Positions 34,113 through 41,485 of a stretch of 64,000 nt of DNA are shown here, in pieces (position 1 is the first letter of the stretch; each line of letters opens with the position of its first letter). A program made the translations under genes and the position numbers. Source of the DNA: Alphaproteobacteria bacterium. Its GTDB lineage: Bacteria > Pseudomonadota > Alphaproteobacteria > CACZRW01. Location of the stretch: assembly GCA_017507765.1 (NCBI GenBank), contig JAFWAG010000021.1:5903-69902 (forward strand), read 5' to 3'. A model generated the notes under the pieces. It searched no databases. It was given only the letters and a program-made list of their open reading frames with translations, and was not told the DNA's origin.

Positions 34113-37100
34113 ATGGCAGAAGGTAAGAAATACTATCCGGAAGTGGATACAAAAGTTGATTTTCCGAAAATCGAAGAAGAAGTTTTAGCCTATTGGCAGA
34201 AAAATAAGATTTTTGAAAAGTCCGTATCTTTTCGTCCGGCGGGAGAAAAAGGCTCTAACGAATACGTTTTTTATGACGGTCCTCCGTTTGCGAACGGCCT
34301 TCCCCATTACGGTCATCTTCTGACCGGCTATGTAAAGGACATTGTTCCCCGCTATCATACGATGAGAGGAAAAAGAGTAGAACGTCGTTTTGGGTGGGAC
34401 TGCCATGGACTTCCCGCCGAACTTGACGCCGAAAAGTTCTTGGGCTTTTCCGGCAGAGATAAAATCATCAATTACGGTATTGATAAGTTTAATGCCACTT
34501 GCCGTGAACGTGTTCTTATGTACACGGACGAATGGCAGACCACCGTAAACCGTCAGGCTCGTTGGGTTGACTTTTCCAATGATTACAAGACCATGGATAT
34601 ATCGTACATGGAAAGCATCATTTGGGCATTTAAAACCCTTTACGAAAAAGGACTTATGTACGAAGGCGTAAAAGTAATGCCTTACAGCTGGGCGGCAGAA
34701 ACACCGGTTTCCAACTTTGAAACCCGCATTGACAATGCTTATCGGGAAAAAGAAGATCCGGCAGTTACCGTCATGTTCACCTTGACACCTAAGGAAGGCG
34801 AAGACCTCCCCTTAAAGATTTTGGTTTGGACGACAACGCCTTGGACCCTCCCCTCCAATCTGGCTTTGGCAGTTGGTCCTGATATTGATTACGACATTTA
34901 CGAAGAAAACGGCGTTCGTTATGTCATCGGCTCTGCCGTAGTCGGTAAATACAAAAAGGAACTGGCAAATGCGGTAAAAGTAGGCTCTGTAAAAGGTAAG
35001 GATTTAGAAGGCCGCACCTATACACCTATTTTTGATTATTTCCAAGATATGCCGGGAGCATTCCGAGTTATCACCGCAGAGTACGTTTCCACCGAAGAAG
35101 GAACCGGCACCGTGCATATTGCCCCTGGCTTTGGTGAAGACGACTTAAACGCCGCCACTGCCGCCGGCATTCCGGTAGTATGTCCGGTGGATAGCAAAGG
35201 CCGCTTTACTCAACCGATTGAACCGTTTGTCGGTATGCAGGTTTTTGAAACCAACAAGCCGATTATCAAGATTTTAAAAGAACGTGGTATTTTGGTAAAA
35301 CAAGAGCAGTATAAGCATAATTATCCGCATTGTTGGCGTACGGATACCCCGTTGATTTACAAAGCGATTAACGGTTGGTTTTTAAAAGTAACCGAGATTA
35401 AAGACCGTATGGTAGAGCTTAACCAAAATATCAATTGGATACCGTCCCACATTAAAGACGGAGCTTTTGGAAAATGGCTTGAAAATGCTCGTGATTGGTC
35501 TATCAGCCGCCACCGTTTTTGGGGCGCTCCGATTCCGGTATGGAAAAGCGATGACCCGAAATATCCCCGCATTGACGTTTACGGCAGTCTTGATGAATTA
35601 GAACGAGACTTCGGCGTTCGTCCGGACAACTTGCACCGTCCGTATATTGACGAGCTTACTCGCCCGAACCCCGATGACCCAACTGGCAAAAGCACAATGC
35701 GCAGAGTTGAAGATGTTTTCGACTGTTGGTTTGAATCCGGTTCCATGCCGTTTGCCCAAGTCCATTATCCGTTTGAAAATAAGGATTGGTTTGAAAATCA
35801 CTTCCCTGCCGACTTCATTGTGGAATACATCGCCCAAACTCGTGGTTGGTTCTATACCATGATGGTAATGGCAACGGCTTTATTTGACCGCCACCCGTTT
35901 AAAACCTGCTTGTGCCATGGCGTAGTTCTTGATGAAAACAATCAAAAACTTTCCAAACGTCTGCGCAATTACCCAAGTCCGGAAGAAGTATTCTCCACCC
36001 TTGGCTCGGACGCATTACGTTGGTTCTTAATTTCCTCCAGCATTTTAAAAGGCGGTAACCTTTCCATTGACCGTGAAGGCAAAGAAATTGCCAAAGCCTC
36101 CCGTAAGGCGTTAATCCCCTTATGGAACGCCTATAATTTCTTCTGCTTGTATGCGAATGCCGAAGGTATTAAGGCAGAGGAAATAACCTCCTCTCCTGAC
36201 GTTTTAGATAGCTACATTCTGTCAAAGACCAAAAAGCTGATAGAAAAGCTTACCATTCTTATGGACGAAAGCAGCATTCCGGAAGTATGTGCCGAAATTG
36301 CGGATTTCCTTGATGTTTTAAACAACTGGTATATCCGCCGCAGTCGTGCCAGATTCTGGAACGGCCACAGTGAAGACGCTATAAATGCCTTTAATACGCT
36401 TTATACCGTCCTGCTCACTCTTACCAAAGCGGCCGCTCCGTTGCTTCCATTGATAACCGAAAATATTTATCAAGGTCTCACCGGCGAAGAAAGCGTTCAT
36501 TTGACCGATTGGCCGGACGTAAGCAAAATAAAAGTCGATGAAACTTTGTTAAATAATATGGACATGGTGCGTTCTATCTGCTCCACAGCCAAAGCAATCC
36601 GCGAAGAGTATAAACTCCGCAACCGCTTGCCTTTGGCGGCAATGACCATAGCCGGACAGCGCACTTTTGGGCTTAACGACTACATTCCGCTGATTGCCGA
36701 TGAGATAAACGTCAAAGAAGTATCTTTAAGTGCGGAGATTTCCGAATTTGCCGACAACTTCCTTTACGTCAAAACACCATTGGTTGGTAAACGCCTTGGT
36801 AAGTACATGAAGGACATTTTGGAAGCTTCCAAAACCGGAGCTTGGAGCAAAAACTCCGACGGCACGTTAAGTATCGCCGGTCAAACGCTTTTAGCCGAAG
36901 AGTTTGAGCTTCGTTTGGTTTTAAAGGAAGGAAAAGCCGGTATGGCTCTTCCTGACAACACCGCCGTTATCGTTATGGATACCAACGTTTATCCGGAACT
37001 TGAACGAGAAGGCATTGCCAGAGACTTTGTCCGTATGGTACAGAATCTGCGCAAAGAAAGTAATCTTGACGTTTCCGACCGTATTGATTTAACGTACAAC

Positions 37101-37259
37101 TCGGAAAACGAAACTATTTTACAAGCATTAAGCGAGCATAAAGACTATATCACCGAACAAGTCTTGGCTTTAAGCTTTACGGTTGGTACTGCGCTTAATA
37201 ATGCGAAACATGAAGAACTTGGCGAAGGAAATATCAACTTTGCCATAAGCAAACACTAA
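34113..37259 (+). CDS. ileS: isoleucine--tRNA ligase, type 2 (eukaryote-like)
   Basis: 1048 aa. Has HIGH (PHYGHLLTG), a KMSKS variant (KLSKRLRNYP), the CP1 editing insertion (TTTPWTLPSN) and a long C-terminal extension without the type-1 Zn-finger. Confidence 0.95.
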   Translation: MAEGKKYYPEVDTKVDFPKIEEEVLAYWQKNKIFEKSVSFRPAGEKGSNEYVFYDGPPFANGLPHYGHLLTGYVKDIVPRYHTMRGKRVERRFGWDCHGLPAELDAEKFLGFSGRDKIINYGIDKFNATCRERVLMYTDEWQTTVNRQARWVDFSNDYKTMDISYMESIIWAFKTLYEKGLMYEGVKVMPYSWAAETPVSNFETRIDNAYREKEDPAVTVMFTLTPKEGEDLPLKILVWTTTPWTLPSNLALAVGPDIDYDIYEENGVRYVIGSAVVGKYKKELANAVKVGSVKGKDLEGRTYTPIFDYFQDMPGAFRVITAEYVSTEEGTGTVHIAPGFGEDDLNAATAAGIPVVCPVDSKGRFTQPIEPFVGMQVFETNKPIIKILKERGILVKQEQYKHNYPHCWRTDTPLIYKAINGWFLKVTEIKDRMVELNQNINWIPSHIKDGAFGKWLENARDWSISRHRFWGAPIPVWKSDDPKYPRIDVYGSLDELERDFGVRPDNLHRPYIDELTRPNPDDPTGKSTMRRVEDVFDCWFESGSMPFAQVHYPFENKDWFENHFPADFIVEYIAQTRGWFYTMMVMATALFDRHPFKTCLCHGVVLDENNQKLSKRLRNYPSPEEVFSTLGSDALRWFLISSSILKGGNLSIDREGKEIAKASRKALIPLWNAYNFFCLYANAEGIKAEEITSSPDVLDSYILSKTKKLIEKLTILMDESSIPEVCAEIADFLDVLNNWYIRRSRARFWNGHSEDAINAFNTLYTVLLTLTKAAAPLLPLITENIYQGLTGEESVHLTDWPDVSKIKVDETLLNNMDMVRSICSTAKAIREEYKLRNRLPLAAMTIAGQRTFGLNDYIPLIADEINVKEVSLSAEISEFADNFLYVKTPLVGKRLGKYMKDILEASKTGAWSKNSDGTLSIAGQTLLAEEFELRLVLKEGKAGMALPDNTAVIVMDTNVYPELEREGIARDFVRMVQNLRKESNLDVSDRIDLTYNSENETILQALSEHKDYITEQVLALSFTVGTALNNAKHEELGEGNINFAISKH

Positions 37260-37275
37260 TAAAGGAGACAATATC

Positions 37276-37593
37276 ATGACTGACAATAAAGTTGATATTG
37301 AACAGATAAAAGACAAACTTAAGATTTTTGGTCGTAAAAGCTCGGAAAAGCTTAAAGAGCTTGGCGAAGAATTGAAAAACAAAATTGAGGAACGGGCAAA
37401 AAAAGCCACAGAAGATGACGGAAGCGTAGAATCTCAGGCTCCTGCCGGTCAAAAACAACCCAAAAATACGGTTGATGAGTTACTTGCCAAAATACCTACC
37501 ATCTCTATTAACATAGGTAAGAGAAAGGAAGATAAAGCTCCGGAAGAAACCAAACCGGAAGCAGAACCGGCGCAAGAAACAAATAAAGAATAA
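37276..37593 (+). CDS. hypothetical K/E-rich protein
   Basis: 105-aa ORF with a GGAG RBS upstream, placed 16 nt after ileS and followed by a strong terminator. Sequence is low-complexity and charged. No family recognised. Confidence 0.45.
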   Translation: MTDNKVDIEQIKDKLKIFGRKSSEKLKELGEELKNKIEERAKKATEDDGSVESQAPAGQKQPKNTVDELLAKIPTISINIGKRKEDKAPEETKPEAEPAQETNKE

Positions 37594-37600
37594 AGCCAAC

Positions 37601-37632
37601 AAAAAAGCGGGACCTAAAAAATCCCGCTTTTA
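37601..37632. terminator. bidirectional rho-independent terminator
   Basis: AGCGGGA (37606-37612) / TCCCGCT (37622-37628), with an A-run before and TTTT after. Lies between convergent genes. Confidence 0.8.
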
Positions 37633-37651
37633 ATAAATCTCTTAAAGATAA

Positions 37652-37822
37652 TTATTCCGCAGCTGTAATCTGCTCTATTTCTTCTTTAAGTTTCAGTTTT
37701 TGTTTCTTTAAATTGGAAATCAATACTTGATCCGGAAGTGGACGATTTGCTTCCTGTTCAATTTCCAAATCCAAAGCTTCGTGTTTGGCTTTTAATGCTT
37801 CTAAGTGTTTTTCTATACTCAT
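37652..37822 (-). CDS. DUF465 (YdcH-like) small protein
   Basis: 56 aa, hand-translated: MSIEKHLEALKAKHEALDLEIEQEANRPLPDQVLISNLKKQKLKLKEEIEQITAAE. GGAGGAG lies 6 nt upstream of the ATG. The H..LD..I....P.......LKK.KL.LK pattern matches DUF465. Not in the ORF track because it is shorter than 60 aa. Confidence 0.8.
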   Translation of the reverse strand: MSIEKHLEALKAKHEALDLEIEQEANRPLPDQVLISNLKKQKLKLKEEIEQITAAE

Positions 37823-37996
37823 TTCATCTCCTCCGAAGTGATACTTCCTTAATTTTAACCCAAGCTTTTGAATATTGCCACCTAATTTTTCGCAAAAGCA
37901 GAAAAATCTTCTATCGGGTTCATCATTTAATTGCCTTCTTTGTGGTAAATCTTTAAAGTGAAAGAGGTTGGCAGTTATAATCAGACGGGGAAGCTT

Positions 37997-38740
37997 ATGG
38001 AAACAGCCAAAAAGAAAGTACTTATCGACTCCGGTAGCGACATAGAAAGCTGTGTAGCGATTCTTATGGCATTAGCTTCACCCGAAATCGAAGTTGTTGG
38101 CATAACCTCTGCCACAGATGAAGACTTTCCCGTACTGAAAGAGTTATGTTTACTGGCAGAAAAAAGGCATATACCTCTTTATAAACCGGAAAAAGCTCCC
38201 GACTTTATCAAACTGGCTATGGAAGATTTCTCAGGCAGTTTGTATATAGCTTCCTTAAGCGATTGCCGGAATATCTATCAAGTGTTAAACGATATTCCGC
38301 CAGAGAAAATACAAATCAAACAGTTGTTTGTGACTGAAAAATATATTGCAGATTCGCTGAAAGCTTCCCTTCTGTATAAAATAGATAAATTAACTCTGAT
38401 TTCTTCTGACTTGGCAGAAGTTATAAGAATCACCCTCCATGATTTAGTAATTATGGAAGCCCTACACACCAAATCCGCCACTTACATTTCCGAGCAAATA
38501 AAAGAAAAACTTGCAAATAATCCGGAAAATTATTTAGTGCTTTACAATCCCATAGCAGTTGCCTGTATTCTTAGACCGGCTTTGTTCGGGGGCATATTCG
38601 GAAGCGCCTCTTTTTACGGAGGAATAGCCAAAGAAGAAAGCTTTGCTACGGAAGAACAAAACAACATTTTATGTATAAACGAAGTAAATATTGATGCATT
38701 TTTTGCCTTATTGAATGAACGGTTGGCAATGCTGCCATAG
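37997..38740 (+). CDS. inosine-uridine nucleoside hydrolase-like protein with a degenerate active site
   Basis: The ORF is open from 37958; METAKKKVLIDSGSDIESCVAILMALASPEIEVVGITSA starts at ATG 37997. It is co-linear with RihA-type hydrolases ([31 protein letters not shown] ... LHDP), but the DxDxxxDD and HD residues are replaced. Confidence 0.6.
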   Translation: METAKKKVLIDSGSDIESCVAILMALASPEIEVVGITSATDEDFPVLKELCLLAEKRHIPLYKPEKAPDFIKLAMEDFSGSLYIASLSDCRNIYQVLNDIPPEKIQIKQLFVTEKYIADSLKASLLYKIDKLTLISSDLAEVIRITLHDLVIMEALHTKSATYISEQIKEKLANNPENYLVLYNPIAVACILRPALFGGIFGSASFYGGIAKEESFATEEQNNILCINEVNIDAFFALLNERLAMLP

Positions 38741-38756
38741 GAACAGAGGAACAAAG

Positions 38757-39743
38757 ATGAAGTTTGGCATAACTCCCATTACCGGCATAACAGATCGCCA
38801 TTTTCGTTTTATGGTCCGCTTGATGAGCAAGGAAACCGCTCTATACACCGAACCCGTAGCCGCCAAAGATATTTTACAAGCGGATTTAAGAGATAACGTT
38901 CTTTGTTACAGTCCCGAAGAACACCCCTTAAGATTGTTTCTTACCGGCAGAAATCATAAAACCATAGCCGAAGCCGCCAAAATCGTCGAAGAATACGGCT
39001 ATGACGGCATTCATATCAAAGCCTTTGCTCCCTTGGAAAGGATTGGTGCCGGCAATTTTGGCGTTACCATAATTCCTGATGCGGAAACAACCTGCCGCTG
39101 TATTGATGCCGCCAGACAAGCCGTAAAAATCCCGCTCAGCGTTGATATTGCAATATCTTTGGTTGGGGAAGATTTTAACAAAGAAGATGCCCTAAAACTC
39201 AAACGTCTAATCAGAATGGTATCTTCTGCCGGAACAGACGATTTTGTAATCAACATTACCCGCAATCACGCCCGCAAAGAAAAGGTAAAGCTTTCCAAAG
39301 CCGAAAAGACAAGACACGACATGGTTTACCGTTTACAGGAAGAATATCCTCATTTGAAGTTTACCACTTACGGCGACGTCAAAACCTTCCCCAATGCCTT
39401 AGAGCATTTAACAAAGACGGACGGCGTTCTTATTGGATACAGCGTACATTCCAATCCGTATATGATGATTGATGCGGACAAAACCATTTTCGGCAAAGAC
39501 GGTCCCAACCCTTCCCGTACCGAAATCGTGGAAAGCATGATAGAGTATGCAGACCGCGCCTTGAAAGAAGGGGCAAGTATAAAAACGATTGTGAAGCACA
39601 TGATGGGAATCTTTAATTCTTGCGAAGGTTCTCGTATGTGGAAATATATGTTAGTCGAAGGCTGTAGTTTTGAAGACGCCGGCTCAGAAGTTTTAGTAAT
39701 GGCTCTTAACAAGTTAGAGGATAAAGAATGCCCGTATCTGTAA
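38757..39743 (+). CDS. tRNA-dihydrouridine synthase A-like protein with a degenerate active site
   Basis: ATG 38757 follows AGAGGA. It is co-linear with DusA (TDRHFRF, LYTE, EEHP, GYDGI, DGVLIG..HSNP, IVKHMMGIF), but the GCP catalytic Cys and other FMN/catalytic residues are substituted. Confidence 0.65.
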   Translation: MKFGITPITGITDRHFRFMVRLMSKETALYTEPVAAKDILQADLRDNVLCYSPEEHPLRLFLTGRNHKTIAEAAKIVEEYGYDGIHIKAFAPLERIGAGNFGVTIIPDAETTCRCIDAARQAVKIPLSVDIAISLVGEDFNKEDALKLKRLIRMVSSAGTDDFVINITRNHARKEKVKLSKAEKTRHDMVYRLQEEYPHLKFTTYGDVKTFPNALEHLTKTDGVLIGYSVHSNPYMMIDADKTIFGKDGPNPSRTEIVESMIEYADRALKEGASIKTIVKHMMGIFNSCEGSRMWKYMLVEGCSFEDAGSEVLVMALNKLEDKECPYL

Positions 39744-40345
39744 TTATATTTTTAAGTTTATGTGGAATCTGTGGTTATTTTCTCGGTTCAATTCCGTTTG
39801 GTCTTTTATTTACCCGCATGGCAGGCTTAGGCGACATACGGAAAATAGGCTCCGGCAACATTGGAGCCACTAACGTTTTGCGTACAGGCAGAAAAGATTT
39901 AGCTCTTTTAACGCTTATCTGCGACAGCGGCAAAGCAGCTTTGGCTGCTGCGGCAGGTATGTATTTAGCACCGGAAGGATATAGCCACCTTGCCGGATTA
40001 TTAGCGGGAACTGCGGGCGTATTAGGCCATAATTTCCCGCTTTGGCTTAAGTTCAAAGGCGGCAAAGGCGTAGCTTCTACCTTGGGCGTTATTTTGGTAA
40101 CTGCACCATTCACCGGACTGTTATGTTGCATCACCTGGTTAGTTATGGCTTTCACCTTCCGCTATTCCTCGCTTGCCGCTTTAACGGCAATGGTTTTGGC
40201 TCCGGTTTACGCCTTTTTCTTCAGCTCTTTGACTGCGGTAGGATTTTTCCTGTTTCTGGCTTTGTTGTCATTACTCCGGCACAGGGCTAACATTGACCGC
40301 CTTTTAAAGGGAACGGAAAGTAAAATAGGAGCGAAGAAATCTTAA
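39728..40345 (+). CDS. plsY: glycerol-3-phosphate acyltransferase PlsY
   Basis: 205 aa polytopic membrane protein with GSIPFGLLF, GSGNIGATNVLRTG, the HNFPLWLKFKGGKGVA segment and a C-terminal HRANIDRLLKGTE. Confidence 0.93.
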   Translation: MPVSVIIFLSLCGICGYFLGSIPFGLLFTRMAGLGDIRKIGSGNIGATNVLRTGRKDLALLTLICDSGKAALAAAAGMYLAPEGYSHLAGLLAGTAGVLGHNFPLWLKFKGGKGVASTLGVILVTAPFTGLLCCITWLVMAFTFRYSSLAALTAMVLAPVYAFFFSSLTAVGFFLFLALLSLLRHRANIDRLLKGTESKIGAKKS

Positions 40346-40346
40346 A

Positions 40347-41483
40347 ATGGCTTCTTTGTCGGCATCGGAAAAGCTTGATTATCTACGCCTGATTCGCAGC
40401 GAGAATGTCGGGCCGGTAACCTTTTACAACCTTCTTAAATATTTTGGCTCGGCAAAAGAAGCCTTAGCCAATATTCAAGATTTTGCCAAAAAGGGAGGTC
40501 GTAAAAAGCCGATATCTTTATGTTCCCAAGCGTCTGCCGAAAAAGAAATTGCGGCTTTGGAAAAAATCGGAGCCGAACTGATAGCCTTTAATGAACCCGC
40601 CTATTCTCCTTTACTTGCCAAGATAACCGATGCACCTCCTTTAATCTCCGTTCTTGGATATAAAAGCCTTATGCAGAAGAAATCCGTTGCGGTTGTCGGT
40701 ACCAGAGACGCCTCAATAAACGGCCGTAATATGGCACGGAAACTTGGTTTTGAATTATCCAAGGCGGATATAACCGTTGTTTCCGGCTTAGCCTTAGGGA
40801 TAGATGCGGCCGCTCATGAAGGCGCATTAAACGAACCGTCCTGCAAAGGAAGCACTATTGCCGTTCTTGGCACCGGCATTAACGTTCCCTATCCCCAAAG
40901 CAATCAAAATATTTATGACCGGATAAAAGAAACCGGACTTTTAGTTTCAGAGCTTCCTTTTGGAACCCCTCCTCAGCAAAACAATTTTCCCCGTCGCAAC
41001 CGTATTATTTCCGGATTGTCCGTAGGAGTTGTCGTTGTTGAAGCCAAGAAAAAATCCGGCTCGTTAATTACGGCGAATATGGCTCTGGAGCAAGGACGGG
41101 AAGTTTACGCCATTCCCGGCAGCCCTCTTGATGCAAGAAGCCAAGGCGGCAATCATCTTATCAAACAAGGAGCCATGTTAATCGAGACTCCTGCCGATAT
41201 CATCGATTCTGTCAAAGCAGATAAAACTTTCCGCCTTAACGAAGATATTTATACCGAAGATTTCACCTATATACCGGAAAAAATATCCGACCTTGAACTT
41301 GCCGAAATAAGGTCTAAAATCATAAGCCTTCTGGGCAACGGACCGGTTTTGCAGGACGATTTAATCCGTACAAGCGGAGCAAGTGCCGCATCAGTATCGA
41401 TAGTTTTAGTTGAATTAGAACTGGCAGGTAAGCTAGAACGTTTAGCAGGTAATAAAATAAACTTGCTGGCAGAGTGGGAGTAA
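40347..41483 (+). CDS. dprA: DNA-processing protein DprA (Smf)
   Basis: 378 aa with a Rossmann-like DprA core (VAVVGTRDAS, VSGLALGIDAAAHEGAL, NFPRRNRIISGLS, VVVEA..KSGSLITA) and a C-terminal winged-helix-like tail. Confidence 0.9.
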   Translation: MASLSASEKLDYLRLIRSENVGPVTFYNLLKYFGSAKEALANIQDFAKKGGRKKPISLCSQASAEKEIAALEKIGAELIAFNEPAYSPLLAKITDAPPLISVLGYKSLMQKKSVAVVGTRDASINGRNMARKLGFELSKADITVVSGLALGIDAAAHEGALNEPSCKGSTIAVLGTGINVPYPQSNQNIYDRIKETGLLVSELPFGTPPQQNNFPRRNRIISGLSVGVVVVEAKKKSGSLITANMALEQGREVYAIPGSPLDARSQGGNHLIKQGAMLIETPADIIDSVKADKTFRLNEDIYTEDFTYIPEKISDLELAEIRSKIISLLGNGPVLQDDLIRTSGASAASVSIVLVELELAGKLERLAGNKINLLAEWE

Positions 41484-41485
41484 AA

